A stretch of 64,000 nucleotides of DNA from Paracoccaceae bacterium (GCA_041687395.1 JAWLCA010000013.1:51470-115469), one strand, 5' to 3'. Positions 46,588 to 59,456 are shown, numbered from the stretch's first letter. Program-made: numbers and translations. Notes: generated from the letters alone by a model not told the origin.

Positions 46588-47222
46588 TTGGCAGCATCCT
46601 GTTTCAATCGGGTCTCGAAGGCGCGGCTGATATGGGCCCGCAGGGCGTCATAGGCCGCATCGCCGTCTCCCGCCGCGATCGCGTCGACGATCCTGGCGTG
46701 TTCGTCGAGCGTCGCTTCTGTCCGGCCCTCGGCCGCGAGCGACGTCGTCGCCATCAACGCCATCGAGCGATAGACGAGGTCGAGTTGCTGGACCAGGTAG
46801 CGGTTGTGAGAGGCGAGGTGGATCTGCTTGTGAAACCGCCGGTTGGCCTGTGACATGGCCCGCGGGTCGCCGGTCAGCGCGCGGTCTTCGTCAACCATGT
46901 GGCGCAGCACCCGCACCTCTTCCTCGGTCGCGTGTTTCGCGGCCAGCCGCGCGGCCAGACCTTCCAGTTCGGCGCGAACCACGTAAAGTTCCGCCAATTG
47001 ATTGTGGTCGAGCGAGGCGACGATCAGGCTGCGTCCGTCGCGCGCCAGCATCGACTGCGTCTCAAGCCGCTGCAAAGCCTCGCGCACCGGGGTGCGTGAG
47101 ACGCCGAACCGGTCGGCCAGTTCCGATTCCACCAACCGGTCGCCCGGACGATAAACCCCGGTATCGATCGCATCAAGGATCAGGTGATAGGCATCCTTCT
47201 GGGCGGGCTTCGCGTCACGCAT
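46572..47222 (-). CDS. GntR/FadR-family transcriptional regulator (wHTH + FCD)
   Basis: Start MRDAKPAQKDAYHLILDAIDTGVYRPGDRLVESELADRFGVSRTPVREAL, with a GGAGGAA SD. The 3' end overlaps the convergent GT2 gene by 16 nt. Confidence 0.85.
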   Translation of the reverse strand: MRDAKPAQKDAYHLILDAIDTGVYRPGDRLVESELADRFGVSRTPVREALQRLETQSMLARDGRSLIVASLDHNQLAELYVVRAELEGLAARLAAKHATEEEVRVLRHMVDEDRALTGDPRAMSQANRRFHKQIHLASHNRYLVQQLDLVYRSMALMATTSLAAEGRTEATLDEHARIVDAIAAGDGDAAYDALRAHISRAFETRLKQDAANQPKG

Positions 47223-47242
47223 TGTATTCCTCCGCATACAAT
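47221..47242. promoter_or_regulatory. Inverted repeat overlapping the GntR/FCD start/SD (candidate auto-operator)
   Basis: ATTGTAT-tcctccgc-ATACAAT (7-bp arms). Confidence 0.35.
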
Positions 47243-47318
47243 CGACAGCCTAAGCACCGATCGCCGCACCGTTCAAGCCGCGGCTTGCCGTGGGCCACCC
47301 GGCGCGGTAGCAGGCGGC

Positions 47319-47966
47319 ATGGTTCAGCAACACTTCTCTCATGTCAGGGCGTGGGTCTTCGACCTCGACAACACGCTTTACCCGCCCGCCGCGCGTCTGT
47401 TCGAGCAGATCGACCGCCGGATGACCGACTACGTGATGCGAGAGTTGCGGATGGAACGCGACGCGGCGGACAAGTTGCGCCATGCCTACTGGCGCGACTA
47501 CGGCACAACCCTCGCCGGGCTGATGCAGAACCACGGGATCGACCCCGACCCCTATCTGGTCGAGGTGCACGAGATCAGCTTTGATCCCCTTGCCCCTGAC
47601 CCGGAGCTGGCGTCGCGGATCCGCGCGCTTCCGGGCCGGCGCATCGTCTATACCAATGGCTCAGCCCCCTATGCCCACCGGGTGCTGGAGGCGCGGGGCC
47701 TTTCGGGCCTGTTCGACGGGGTCTATGGTGTGGAACACGCGGGCTTCCGCCCCAAACCGGAGCGCAGCGCCTTCGAGGCGGTCTTTGCCGCCGCCGGCAT
47801 TGCGTCGGACAGGGCGGCGATGTTCGAGGATGATCCCCGAAACCTGAGCGCTCCGCATGAGATGGGAATGCGCACGGTGCACGTGGCCCCTGAGCCCCAC
47901 CCCGCCCAACACATTCATCACCATACCGATGACCTGACGATATTTTTATCGCAGCTCACCACCTGA
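47319..47966 (+). CDS. HAD-family pyrimidine 5'-nucleotidase
   Basis: Internal start MVQQHFSHVRAWVFDLDNTLY (DxDxT motif). FEDDPRNL block present. Confidence 0.8.
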   Translation: MVQQHFSHVRAWVFDLDNTLYPPAARLFEQIDRRMTDYVMRELRMERDAADKLRHAYWRDYGTTLAGLMQNHGIDPDPYLVEVHEISFDPLAPDPELASRIRALPGRRIVYTNGSAPYAHRVLEARGLSGLFDGVYGVEHAGFRPKPERSAFEAVFAAAGIASDRAAMFEDDPRNLSAPHEMGMRTVHVAPEPHPAQHIHHHTDDLTIFLSQLTT

Positions 47967-48044
47967 AATGCTGCGGTGCGGCATCCCGTCGCTGGTCCGC
48001 CCACTCCTGCCTACCTAATTGGGTCGTGAACAGGAGAAAATACC

Positions 48045-48314
48045 ATGACCACCTCGACTATCGGCCGTTTCCGACTTCCCCGCTTTTCGTTTCCGCGCCT
48101 CACGCTCCGCTCCTTCTACAGGATCCCGGTACTCGGGTGGATCGCCCGCGACCTTATCGAGGGCGACGCAGACAACCTCTGGTATCTGCTGGTGGCGCTG
48201 GTCAGCCTGTGGATCATCGCGGTGATGATCTGGGGACTGCCCGCTCTTTATCTGCCTGCAGTGTTGCTGGCCCCGCTGGCTATCGTGATGCTGGTGCTCC
48301 TCACCCTCGGGTAG
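48045..48314 (+). CDS. Small hypothetical membrane protein (89 aa)
   Basis: AGGAGA SD present. Two clear hydrophobic helices (LWYLLVALVSLWIIAVMIWGL; PAVLLAPLAIVMLVLLTL). Confidence 0.55.
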   Translation: MTTSTIGRFRLPRFSFPRLTLRSFYRIPVLGWIARDLIEGDADNLWYLLVALVSLWIIAVMIWGLPALYLPAVLLAPLAIVMLVLLTLG

Positions 48315-48383
48315 GTCGCGCGCGACCAACTGCCGCTTGGCCCGTCGGCGCAGCCCGGCTAGATGGGGCTCAGGAGGCGTGAC

Positions 48384-49604
48384 ATGCGGCAGACCTGCGA
48401 CATCATGATATCGGGCGGGGGCGTTGCCGGGCTGACGGCCGCCGCCGCCTTTGGCAGTGCCGGATTTTCGGTGATATGCGTCGATCCCGCGCCTCCGGTG
48501 ACCGAAGAGGCTGCGGACGGCGCCGACCTGCGCACGACCGCAATCCTGCAACCGTCCGTCGCCGTTCTGCGCGCAGCCGGATTGTGGGATCGTCTGGCGC
48601 CCTTCGCCTCGCCCCTGCAGGTCATGCGGATCGTCGATGCGGGCGGCCCGCTGCCCGAGGCGCGCCTGACCAAGGAATTCGACGCCGGCGACATTTCCGA
48701 CCAGCCCTTCGGCTGGAACCTGCAGAACTGGCTGCTGCGCCGGGAAATGGTGGCGAGGCTTGCCGAGTTGCCCAACGTCGATTTCCGCCCCGGAACAGGC
48801 ACCGCCCGCGTGCTGACGCGCGAGGCCGAGGCGCTGGTCACCTTGACCGACGGCACCCGCATCTCGGCGCGGCTGCTGATCGCAGCCGACGGCCGAAGTT
48901 CGCCCGTGCGGCAGGCGGTGGGCATCGATGCCCGCACGACCCGCTACGGGCAAAGGGCGCTGGCGTTCGCCGTGACGCATCCCTTGCCCCACAAGGGCGT
49001 GTCCACAGAGATTCACCGTTCTGGCGGGCCCTTCACCCTGGTGCCCCTGCCCGACCGCGACGGCACGCCCTGCTCGGCCGTGGTCTGGATGGAGCATGGC
49101 CCCGAGGCGCTGCGCCTGTCGGCCCTGCCGGTGGCGGAGTTCGAGGAGGCGATGACCGAACGCTCCTGCCACCTTTTCGGCCCCCTGACGCTGGCCACCT
49201 GCCGCACCGTCTGGCCGATCATCAATCAGATCGCCAGCCGCTTTGCCGCCGAACGCACAGCGCTGATCGCCGAGGCCGCCCATGTCGTCCCGCCGATCGG
49301 TGCTCAGGGGTTGAACATGAGCCTCGCCGACATCGGCACCTTGCTGGACCTCGCCGTCGCCGGGCCCGAAACGCTGGGTCAACCCGCGATGCTGGACCGC
49401 TACCACCGCCGCCGCTGGCCCGAGGTGCAGGCCCGCGTCGCAGGCATCGACGTGCTTAACCGCGCGTCGATGATGGGGGCGCCGGTCCTGCGGGATCTGC
49501 GCGCGCTCGGACTGGACGTGCTGTATGGCGCGGCGCCGATCCGGCGGACGCTGATGCGCGTCGGCATGGGCACCGGCCGGGCCGGATTTGCTGGCACGGA
49601 TTGA
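48384..49604 (+). CDS. UbiH/UbiF/VisC/COQ6-family FAD-dependent hydroxylase
   Basis: CDIMISGGGVAGLTAAAAF dinucleotide fold plus the AHVVPPIGAQGLNMSLADI block. Start could be 48363 or 48384. Confidence 0.8.
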   Translation: MRQTCDIMISGGGVAGLTAAAAFGSAGFSVICVDPAPPVTEEAADGADLRTTAILQPSVAVLRAAGLWDRLAPFASPLQVMRIVDAGGPLPEARLTKEFDAGDISDQPFGWNLQNWLLRREMVARLAELPNVDFRPGTGTARVLTREAEALVTLTDGTRISARLLIAADGRSSPVRQAVGIDARTTRYGQRALAFAVTHPLPHKGVSTEIHRSGGPFTLVPLPDRDGTPCSAVVWMEHGPEALRLSALPVAEFEEAMTERSCHLFGPLTLATCRTVWPIINQIASRFAAERTALIAEAAHVVPPIGAQGLNMSLADIGTLLDLAVAGPETLGQPAMLDRYHRRRWPEVQARVAGIDVLNRASMMGAPVLRDLRALGLDVLYGAAPIRRTLMRVGMGTGRAGFAGTD

Positions 49605-49683
49605 AACAGCATCGGCGCCAGACCGCTTCCCCCTTGCCAAGAAATCGCCTAACCCTGTGGCAACATGACCGACGGGGGGAACG

Positions 49684-51963
49684 ATGGAAGAGTCACGGCA
49701 GGAAAACGCGCGTCAGGCGGCGCTGAACTACCACGAATTCCCCCGACCCGGAAAACTTGAGGTTGTCGCCACCAAACCGCTGGCGAACGGTCGTGACCTT
49801 TCTCGCGCCTACTCACCCGGCGTGGCCGAGGCCTGCATGGAGATCAAGGCCGACCCCGCCAATGCCACCCGGTTCACCAGCAAGGGCAACCTGGTCGCCG
49901 TGGTGACCAACGGCACCGCCGTGCTGGGCTTGGGCAACATCGGCGCGCTCGCGTCAAAGCCGGTGATGGAGGGCAAGGCCGTCCTGTTCAAGAAGTTCGC
50001 CAACATCGACTGCTTCGACATCGAGGTGAACGAATCCGATCCCGAGAAGCTGGCGGACATCGTATGCGCGCTGGAACCGACCTTCGGGGCGATCAACCTT
50101 GAGGACATAAAGGCCCCCGACTGCTTCATCGTGGAAAAGCTGTGCCGCGAGCGGATGAACATCCCCGTCTTCCACGACGACCAGCACGGCACCGCCATCG
50201 TCGTCTGTGCCGCCGCCACCAACGCCCTGCGCGTCGCCGGCAAGACGCTGGAAGATATCAAACTCGTCTCCACCGGCGGCGGGGCGGCGGGCATCGCCTG
50301 CCTGAACATGCTGGTCAAGCTTGGCGTCAAGCGCGAGAATATCTGGCTCTGCGATATCCACGGTCTGGTCCATGAGGGCCGCGCGATCGACATGAACCCG
50401 CAGAAGGCAGCCTTTGCACAGGCGACCGATCTGCGGGCGCTCGATGACGTGATCGCAGGGGCCGACATGTTCCTCGGGCTGTCTGGTCCCGGCGTACTGA
50501 CGCCCGCGATGGTGGCGAAGATGACCGCGCGCCCGATCATTTTCGCGCTTGCGAACCCCACGCCAGAGATCATGCCCGACGACGCCCGTGCCGTGGCCCC
50601 CGACGCGATCATCGCGACCGGCCGGTCGGATTATCCGAACCAGGTCAACAACGTGCTGTGCTTTCCGTTCATTTTCCGCGGCGCGCTCGACGTGGGCGCG
50701 ACCGAGATCAACGATGCCATGCAGATCGCCTGCGTCGAGGGGATCGCGGCCCTTGCCCGCGCGACCACCAGCGCCGAGGCCGCCGCCGCCTATCGCGGCG
50801 AACAGCTGACCTTTGGCGCCGACTACCTGATCCCCAAGCCCTTCGACCCGCGCCTGATGGGTATTGTCGCGAGCGCCGTGGCCAGCGCGGCTATGGCGTC
50901 GGGCGTGGCCACGCGCCCGATCGAGGACATGGTGGCCTACAAGGAGCGGCTGGACGGCTCGGTCTTCCGCTCTGCCCTGATCATGCGTCCGGTGTTCGAT
51001 GCTGCCCGCACCGCCAGCCGCCGTCTGGTCTTTGCCGAAGGCGAGGACGAGCGGGTGTTGCGCGCAGCCCACGCGATCATGGAGGAAACGACAGAGGTTC
51101 CGATCCTGATCGGCCGCCCCGACGTGATCGCCATGCGGTGCGAGCGTGCCGGCCTGCCGATCCGGCCGCAGACCGACTTCGAGATCGTCAACCCCGAGGA
51201 TGATCCCCGGTACCGCGAATACTGGGAAACCTATCACCGCCTGCTCCAGCGCAACGGTGTCACGCCCGATATCGCCCGGGCCGTGGTGCGCACCAACTCT
51301 ACCGCCATCGGCGCGGTGATGGTCCACCGGGGCGAGGCCGACAGCCTGATCTGCGGCACTTTCGGTCAATACCTGTGGCACCTGAACTATGTCCGGCAGA
51401 TCCTCGCGCGCGACGGGTTGCGGCCCCAGGGCGCGCTCAGCCTGATCATCCAGGACCAGGGGGCCCTGTTCATCGCCGACACCCAGGTCAACGCCGAGCC
51501 CACGCCGGAACAGATCCGCGACACCGCCATCGCCGCCGCGCGCCACGTACGCCGCTTCGGCATCCTGCCGCGGATCGCGATGTGCTCCTCCTCGCAGTTC
51601 GGCAATCTCGACAACGACAGCGGCCGGCGGATGCGCGCGGCGATGAACCTTCTGGACGCGATGGAGCCCGACTTCGACTACGAAGGCGAGATGACGCTCG
51701 ATGCCGCGCTCGACCCGGAATTGCGGCAGCGCATCTTCCCCAACGCCCGGTTCGAGGGCGTGGCGAACGTGCTGATCTTCGCCAACACCGACGCGGCCAG
51801 CGCCGTGCGCAACATCCTGAAGATGCGCGGCGGCGGGCTGGAGGTGGGGCCGATCCTGATGGGGATGGGGAACAAGGCGCATATCGTGACGCCATCAATC
51901 ACCGCGCGCGGTCTGCTGAACGTCTCGGCACTGGCCGGCACGCCGGTTTCGAACTACGGGTAA
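49684..51963 (+). CDS. maeB: NADP-dependent malic enzyme with C-terminal PTA-like domain
   Basis: 759 aa, N-terminus ALNYHEFPRPGKLEVVATKP... Confidence 0.92.
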   Translation: MEESRQENARQAALNYHEFPRPGKLEVVATKPLANGRDLSRAYSPGVAEACMEIKADPANATRFTSKGNLVAVVTNGTAVLGLGNIGALASKPVMEGKAVLFKKFANIDCFDIEVNESDPEKLADIVCALEPTFGAINLEDIKAPDCFIVEKLCRERMNIPVFHDDQHGTAIVVCAAATNALRVAGKTLEDIKLVSTGGGAAGIACLNMLVKLGVKRENIWLCDIHGLVHEGRAIDMNPQKAAFAQATDLRALDDVIAGADMFLGLSGPGVLTPAMVAKMTARPIIFALANPTPEIMPDDARAVAPDAIIATGRSDYPNQVNNVLCFPFIFRGALDVGATEINDAMQIACVEGIAALARATTSAEAAAAYRGEQLTFGADYLIPKPFDPRLMGIVASAVASAAMASGVATRPIEDMVAYKERLDGSVFRSALIMRPVFDAARTASRRLVFAEGEDERVLRAAHAIMEETTEVPILIGRPDVIAMRCERAGLPIRPQTDFEIVNPEDDPRYREYWETYHRLLQRNGVTPDIARAVVRTNSTAIGAVMVHRGEADSLICGTFGQYLWHLNYVRQILARDGLRPQGALSLIIQDQGALFIADTQVNAEPTPEQIRDTAIAAARHVRRFGILPRIAMCSSSQFGNLDNDSGRRMRAAMNLLDAMEPDFDYEGEMTLDAALDPELRQRIFPNARFEGVANVLIFANTDAASAVRNILKMRGGGLEVGPILMGMGNKAHIVTPSITARGLLNVSALAGTPVSNYG

Positions 51964-52075
51964 GGGGGCGGGGTTAGCGCAAACCGTGACACCGGGCCGC
52001 AGATCGGGGCCCGGGGCGGGCTTGCCGCAAGCATGACGCCGCGCCATAAGACCGGAAGCTCAGGGAGGGTATACG

Positions 52076-53962
52076 ATGGCATACGCAGATCTCTACGCCG
52101 GCTGGAAAGCCGACCCCGAGGGGTTCTGGATGAGCGCCGCCAAAGCGATCGACTGGGACAGCCCCCCATCGCGCGCCTTTTTCCCTGACAATGGCCCCAT
52201 CGGCGAATGGTTCGCCGACGGACTTGTGAATACCTGCTGGAACGCGGTCGACCGCCATGTCGAGGCCGGGCACGGCGACCGCGTCGCGATCATCCACGAC
52301 AGCCCGATCACCCATTCGGTCCGCGAGTTGACCTTTGCCGATCTGCGCGACCGCGTCGCCAGCCTTGCCGGCGCCCTGCGCGCCAAGGGCATCGAAAAGG
52401 GCGACCGCGTCATCATCTACATGCCGATGGTCCCCGAGGCGCTGGAGGCGATGCTGGCCTGCGCACGCCTGGGCGCGATCCACTCCGTCGTCTTCGGCGG
52501 GTTCGCCGCGAACGAGCTGGCGACGCGGATCGACGACGCCAAGCCCAAGGCGATCATCGCGGCCTCCTGCGGGCTGGAGCCGGGGCGCGTCGTGCACTAC
52601 AAGCCGCTGGTCGATGGCGCGATCGACATCGCCCAGCACAAGCCCGAGTTCTGCGTGATCTTCCAGCGGGAGCAGGAGGTGGCCAATCTGATCGCGGGGC
52701 GCGACTACGACTGGCACGCGATCCAGTACGGCACCGACCCCGCCGATTGCGTCCCGGTCGAGGGGAACCATCCCGCCTACATCCTCTATACCAGCGGCAC
52801 CACCGGTCAGCCCAAGGGCGTGGTACGCCACACCGGTGGGCATCTGGTGGCGCTGAACTGGACGATGAAGAACATCTACAACGTCGATCCGGGAGAGGTG
52901 TTCTGGGCCGCATCCGACGTCGGCTGGGTCGTGGGCCACAGTTACATCTGCTACGCGCCGCTGATCCACGGCAACACCACCATCGTGTTCGAGGGAAAGC
53001 CCGTGGGCACGCCCGACGCAGGCACCTTCTGGCGGGTGATCCAGGATCACAAGGTCGCTTCCTTCTTCACCGCCCCCACCGCCTTCCGCGCGATCAAGCG
53101 CGAGGATCCCAAGGGCGAACTGATCGGCGACTACGATCTGTCCACCCTGCGCACGCTGTACCTCGCCGGCGAACGCGCCGATCCCGACACCATTGTCTGG
53201 GCGCAGGAAAAACTGGGCGTGCCGGTGATCGACCACTGGTGGCAGACCGAAACCGGCTGGGCCATCGCCGCCAACCCGGTTGGCATCGATCCCCTGCCGG
53301 TCAAGATCGGCAGCCCCTCGGTCGCGATGCCGGGCTACGACGTGCAGGTGCTGGACGAGGGCGGCCACCCCGTCGCCCCCGGCACGCTGGGCGCCATCGC
53401 GGTGAAGCTGCCCCTGCCCCCCGGCACCCTGCCCACGCTGTGGAATGCCGAGGACCGGTTTCGCAAGAGCTACCTCGATCACTTCCCCGGCTACTACGAG
53501 ACCGGCGACGCCGGCTACATCGACGACGACGGCTACCTCTACATCATGGCGCGCACCGACGACGTGATCAACGTGGCGGGGCATCGCCTGTCCACCGGCG
53601 CGATGGAAGAGGTTCTGGCCAGCCACCCCGATGTCGGGGAATGCGCAGTGATCGGCGTGGCGGACGACCTGAAGGGCCAAAGCCCGGTGGGCTTTCTGTG
53701 CCTGAACAAGGGGTCCGACAAACCCCACGACCAGGTCATCGCCGAATGCGTGGCGCTGGTGCGTGACCGGATCGGCCCGGTGGCCGCCTTCAAGCGGGCA
53801 CTGGTGGTGGAGCGGCTGCCGAAGACACGGTCGGGCAAGATCCTGCGTGCGACGATGGTCAAGATCGCGGATTGCGAGCCGTTCAAGCTGCCCGCCACGA
53901 TCGACGACCCCGCCATCCTGGACGAGATAGCCACCGCGTTGAAGGTCGAATTGCGCAAGTAA
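52076..53962 (+). CDS. prpE: Propionate--CoA ligase (acyl-CoA synthetase, PrpE-like)
   Basis: 628 aa. YILYTSGTTGQPKG AMP-binding motif present, with a PrpE-type N-terminus (DPEGFWMSAAKAIDW). Confidence 0.8.
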   Translation: MAYADLYAGWKADPEGFWMSAAKAIDWDSPPSRAFFPDNGPIGEWFADGLVNTCWNAVDRHVEAGHGDRVAIIHDSPITHSVRELTFADLRDRVASLAGALRAKGIEKGDRVIIYMPMVPEALEAMLACARLGAIHSVVFGGFAANELATRIDDAKPKAIIAASCGLEPGRVVHYKPLVDGAIDIAQHKPEFCVIFQREQEVANLIAGRDYDWHAIQYGTDPADCVPVEGNHPAYILYTSGTTGQPKGVVRHTGGHLVALNWTMKNIYNVDPGEVFWAASDVGWVVGHSYICYAPLIHGNTTIVFEGKPVGTPDAGTFWRVIQDHKVASFFTAPTAFRAIKREDPKGELIGDYDLSTLRTLYLAGERADPDTIVWAQEKLGVPVIDHWWQTETGWAIAANPVGIDPLPVKIGSPSVAMPGYDVQVLDEGGHPVAPGTLGAIAVKLPLPPGTLPTLWNAEDRFRKSYLDHFPGYYETGDAGYIDDDGYLYIMARTDDVINVAGHRLSTGAMEEVLASHPDVGECAVIGVADDLKGQSPVGFLCLNKGSDKPHDQVIAECVALVRDRIGPVAAFKRALVVERLPKTRSGKILRATMVKIADCEPFKLPATIDDPAILDEIATALKVELRK

Positions 53963-53983
53963 CACGGCTGAATCCTGGCCCAT

Positions 53984-54021
53984 TCCACCTTGCGTGCAGG
54001 GCCGCTCCACCTTGCACGCAA
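53984..54021. repeat. Direct repeat TCCACCTTGC x2 whose 3' parts form a 9-bp inverted repeat
   Basis: TCCACCTTGCGTGCA (53984-98) and TCCACCTTGCACGCA (54006-20). TTGCGTGCA and TGCACGCAA are complementary. The repeat could be either the prpE terminator hairpin or an upstream site for the kinase operon. Confidence 0.6.
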
Positions 54022-54122
54022 CGGTTGAACCAGGGGAGTTTGTCGGCTAGCTTTCTGTTAGCCATGATTTCAGTTTTCCTGACCCGACGCGTTTCTGTTC
54101 GGCCTGCCCCCCTGGGGCGCGG

Positions 54123-55669
54123 GTGATGGCTGTGCCTGCGACAACCAATGTCGCCGAACCGGCAGAGGATCTGAACGATCCGGCCCGCGTTTCGCTTCTG
54201 AACCACGACCTGCGCGCCGCCGTCTCGGACATCATGGGCGGCTTGCGCCTGATCGACCAGACAACGCTCGACCCTGCGACCCGGCTGCAACTGGAACGTG
54301 TGCGCACGGCGGCCGAGGGGCTGGCGCGGCTGATGGAACTGGCCCTGACCGCGATGGGCGGCGCGGACGAGTTCACCGACCAGCCGCCACGCACCATCCA
54401 GCTCGATCGTTTCCTGCGTGATGTCGAGATGCGCTGGAGCGGACGCGCGCGCGAACAGGGGCTGAGCTTCGAGCTGATGCAGGCCGCGGATCTGCCGCCG
54501 CTGCTGATGATCGACCGCATCGCGCTGGAACGGGTTCTGTCCAACATCCTGTCGAACGCAATCAAGTATACCGACGCCGGCACGGTTTCGATGCAGGTCC
54601 AGTGTCCACCGGGCGGCGGGTTGCAGTTCATCGTCCGCGACGCGGGGCCGGGATTTTCCAGGGCAGCGCTTGCACAGCTTTTTCGCCGCGACGGTCGTCC
54701 GCGTGGCACCATCAAACCGGGAACGGGATTGGGCATGCATATTTCACACAAGATGACACGGCGGCTGGGTGGAGAGCTGGAAGTGCGCAACGCCGACGAT
54801 GGCCGGGGCGCGATCGTCACGTTGACGCTTCCGCCCGACGCCATTGCCGCCGATACCATCGACCTGCCCGCCAACGGGCCGACCAACCTGCCCGATCTGA
54901 CGCGCCAGCGCGTTCTGGTGGCCGAGGACAACCCGACCAACCAGGCCATCCTTGGCCAGATGCTGACGCGTCTGGGCGCCGAGTTCGAGATCGCGGGAGA
55001 CGGCGCGCAGGCCCTGCACCTGCTGGAGCGCGAGCATTTCGACCTTGCCCTTGTCGATATCGAGATGCCGTTCCTGTCGGGGATCGAGGTCATCCGGGCG
55101 CTGCGCGCGCGCACCGATGCACAGGGCCAGATCCCGGTGCTGGCGGTGACCGCCTATGTGCTGCGCGCCAACCGCGAGGCGATCTTTGCCGCCGGCGCCG
55201 ACGGGATCCTCGCCAAGCCGGTGACCGGGATCGACCCCTTCGGTCAGGCGATTGCCGAAGTCGTGCGCAAGTCCGGCGCTCCGGCGGCTGCCGACGGCAC
55301 CGCCGCGACGGCCGACGACAGCGGCTTCGATCACGCGCGCTTCCAAGGCCTCATGGCCGTCGCCGGCCCCGAGGGCGCCCGCGAACTGCTGGACCGCGTG
55401 GTCGAGGATCTGCGCCGCGTCGAACGCGAGATCGTGCAGGCCCTGGCCGAGGGCGACCGGGCCGAGATCCGCGCCCAGACCCACGTGCTGATCGCCGTCT
55501 CGGGCGCGGTCGGTGCGGTGCGTCTGCAGGGGATGGCGCAAGAGCTGAACGCCCGCGCGCACGATCGCGACGCCCCCGACCTGACCACCCTGGGAGAGGA
55601 ATTGTTAACCGAACTGGATCAGATGATCGTATTCCTGACCCTCAAGCGCGGGTCCGGCGGAGATTCAGG

Positions 55670-55673
<4 letters not shown>
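54123..55673 (+). CDS. Hybrid histidine kinase HisKA-HATPase-REC-HPt lacking any recognisable input domain
   Basis: The H-box (LNHDLRAAVSDIMGG) begins about aa 26 with no TM helices. HATPase G-boxes present (RDAGPGF, GTGLGMHI). REC domain RVLVAEDNPTNQ...DIEMP. HPt motif THVLIAVSGAVGA. Confidence 0.85.
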
Positions 55674-57088
<1,415 letters not shown>

Positions 57089-57092
57089 GCTG

Positions 57093-57860
57093 TCAGATGA
57101 ACTGCTCTCGGGTCAGGCGTTCCTCCAGCCCGTGACCGGGATCGAACAGGATGCGGTGCTGCACGCCGGGCTCGCTGCGGATCTCCACGCTGACCACATC
57201 GCGCACCGACCGGCCGTCGGCATCGGCCATCACCGGCCGCCGCTCGGGGTTCAGTATGTCGATGCGCACATTTGCATTCTTGTCCAGGATCGCCCCGCGC
57301 CAGCGGCGCGGTCGAAAGGGCGCGACCGCCGTCAGCGCCAGCACGTTCGACCCGATGGGCAGGATCGGCCCGTGCGCGGAATAGTTGTAGGCGGTCGACC
57401 CGGCCGGCGTGCAGACCATCGCCCCGTCGCAGACCAGTTCCTCCATCCGGGTGCGGCCGTCGATGCCGATCTTCAGCTTCGCCGCCTGCGGACCCTGGCG
57501 CAGCAGGCTCACCTCGTTGATTGCCAGCGCGTGATGTTCCTGCCCGTCCATCGTCACCGCGCGCATCGCCAGGGGGTTGATCACCGTCTCCTCCGCCGCA
57601 GCCAGACGCTCGGTCAGGTCGTCCTCGGAATAGTCGTTCATCAGGAATCCGATGGTGCCGCGGTTCATGCCATAGACCGGCAGGTTCAGCGCCTGCGTAC
57701 CGTGCAGCGTATCCAGCATGAACCCGTCGCCCCCCAGCGCCACGATCACTTCGGCTGCCTCGGGCGGTGTGTCGCCATAGCGCGCGATCAGCCGCTCGCG
57801 CGCCTCAATCGCGGTCGGGCTGGAACTTGCGGCAAAGGCGATGCGGGTCTGGCCGGGCAT
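57093..57860 (-). CDS. nadK: NAD+ kinase
   Basis: Internal start [14 protein letters not shown]. The GGDGFML motif is present. Confidence 0.88.
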   Translation of the reverse strand: MPGQTRIAFAASSSPTAIEARERLIARYGDTPPEAAEVIVALGGDGFMLDTLHGTQALNLPVYGMNRGTIGFLMNDYSEDDLTERLAAAEETVINPLAMRAVTMDGQEHHALAINEVSLLRQGPQAAKLKIGIDGRTRMEELVCDGAMVCTPAGSTAYNYSAHGPILPIGSNVLALTAVAPFRPRRWRGAILDKNANVRIDILNPERRPVMADADGRSVRDVVSVEIRSEPGVQHRILFDPGHGLEERLTREQFI

Positions 57861-58036
57861 GTCTCCCCTCCTCCGGGTCAGGCAGTCTTTGCCCGCGCCA
57901 TGCGGAAACACAAGCCTGCCGCCCGCGCGCGATGCCGCTTTGCGCCGCCGGTGCGACGGATTCCCCGCTTTCCGCCCTGCCCCCCATGCGGTATGCAGCG
58001 CACAGGTTTCAGCAGGCCCGATCACAGGAGTTGCCC

Positions 58037-59332
58037 ATGAACGCCCCCCATCGTGACAGCGGTTTCTTCACCGAGCCCCTCGCCTCGCGCGATCCCGAGA
58101 TCTTCGGCGCGATCCGCAAGGAACTGGGCCGCCAGCAGGACGAGATCGAGCTGATCGCCTCGGAAAACATCGTCAGCCGCGCGGTGATGGAAGCCCAGGG
58201 CAGCGTGATGACCAACAAGTATGCCGAGGGCTATCCGGGCAAGCGTTACTATGGCGGTTGCCAGTATGTGGACATTGCCGAGGAACTGGCGATCAGCCGC
58301 GCGTGCGAACTGTTCGGCGTGCAATTCGCCAACGTGCAGCCGAACTCCGGCAGCCAGGCCAACCAGGGGGTGTTCACCGCGCTGATCAAGCCGGGCGACA
58401 CGATCCTCGGCATGGAGCTCGCTTCGGGCGGCCACCTGACCCACGGCGCCCCCCCGAACCAGTCGGGCAAGTGGTTCAACGCGATCCACTACGGCGTGCG
58501 CCAGCAGGACAACCTGATCGACTACGATCAGGTCGCGGCGCTTGCGGCAGAGCACAAGCCGAAGCTGATCATCGCCGGTGGCTCCGCCGTTCCGCGCGTG
58601 ATCGACTTCGCCCGCTTCCGCCAGATTGCGGACAGCGTCGGCGCGTATCTGCTGGTGGACATGGCGCATTTCGCCGGGCTGGTGGCGGGTGGCGTCCACC
58701 CCTCGCCCTTCCCGCACGCCCATGTCGCCACAACCACCACCCACAAGACGCTCCGCGGCCCGCGCGGCGGCATGATCCTGACGAATGACGAAGGCCTGGC
58801 GAAAAAGTTCAACTCCGCCATCTTCCCCGGCATCCAGGGTGGCCCCCTGATGCACGTGATCGCCGCCAAGGCCGTCGCCTTCGGAGAGGCGCTGCGGCCA
58901 GAGTTCAAGGCCTACAGCGCGCAGGTCGTGAAGAACGCCAAGGCCCTTGCCGAGCAGTTGCAGAAGGGCGGCCTCGACATCGTCACCGGCGGCACCGACA
59001 CCCACGTGATGCTGGTGGATCTGCGGCCCAAGGGCGTGAAGGGCAACGCCACCGAAAAGGCACTGGGCCGCGCCCATATCACCTGCAACAAGAACGGGAT
59101 CCCCTTCGACCCCGAAAAGCCGATGGTGACATCGGGCGTCCGCCTCGGCACCCCCGCCGGCACCACCCGCGGTTTCGCCGAGGCCGAATTCCGCCAGGTG
59201 GCCGACTGGATCGTCCGCGTGGTCGATGGGCTGGCGGCGAATGGCGAGGATGGCAATGCCGAGGTAGAGGCTGCCGTGAAGGCCGAAGTTCAGGCGCTCT
59301 GCAACCGCTTCCCAATCTATCCCGGCCTGTGA
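58037..59332 (+). CDS. glyA: Serine hydroxymethyltransferase
   Basis: Internal start [23 protein letters not shown]. Motifs [18 protein letters not shown] and [14 protein letters not shown] present. Confidence 0.95.
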   Translation: MNAPHRDSGFFTEPLASRDPEIFGAIRKELGRQQDEIELIASENIVSRAVMEAQGSVMTNKYAEGYPGKRYYGGCQYVDIAEELAISRACELFGVQFANVQPNSGSQANQGVFTALIKPGDTILGMELASGGHLTHGAPPNQSGKWFNAIHYGVRQQDNLIDYDQVAALAAEHKPKLIIAGGSAVPRVIDFARFRQIADSVGAYLLVDMAHFAGLVAGGVHPSPFPHAHVATTTTHKTLRGPRGGMILTNDEGLAKKFNSAIFPGIQGGPLMHVIAAKAVAFGEALRPEFKAYSAQVVKNAKALAEQLQKGGLDIVTGGTDTHVMLVDLRPKGVKGNATEKALGRAHITCNKNGIPFDPEKPMVTSGVRLGTPAGTTRGFAEAEFRQVADWIVRVVDGLAANGEDGNAEVEAAVKAEVQALCNRFPIYPGL

Positions 59333-59340
59333 TCTGCTGA

Positions 59341-59364
59341 CGGCCCGTGCCCCGGCACGGGCCG
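59341..59364 (+). terminator. GC-rich hairpin after glyA (weak U-tract)
   Basis: cggcccgtgc-cccg-gcacgggccg. Confidence 0.45.
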
Positions 59365-59432
59365 CTTGCCGATGTCTAAACGCGCGCGCACTGCGCCATG
59401 TCGCCCTTTAAATGTCATCGCCTCGCGCGCCG

Positions 59433-59456
59433 TCATCCCCGCGAAAGCGGGGATCT
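59433..59456. repeat. REP-like intergenic hairpin element
   Basis: gtcATCCCCGCgaaaGCGGGGATct, an 8-bp stem with a GAAA loop. It is the type of element whose translation gives the spurious VIPAKAGI / IPAFAGMT peptides seen in ORFs 59366.. and 59317.. Confidence 0.4.

Noticed and set aside
57861-58036. Possible ZTP/THF-type riboswitch in the glyA 5' region.
   Set aside because: I could not find the conserved pfl/ZTP core or any other riboswitch consensus by eye. This needs an Infernal scan before any claim.
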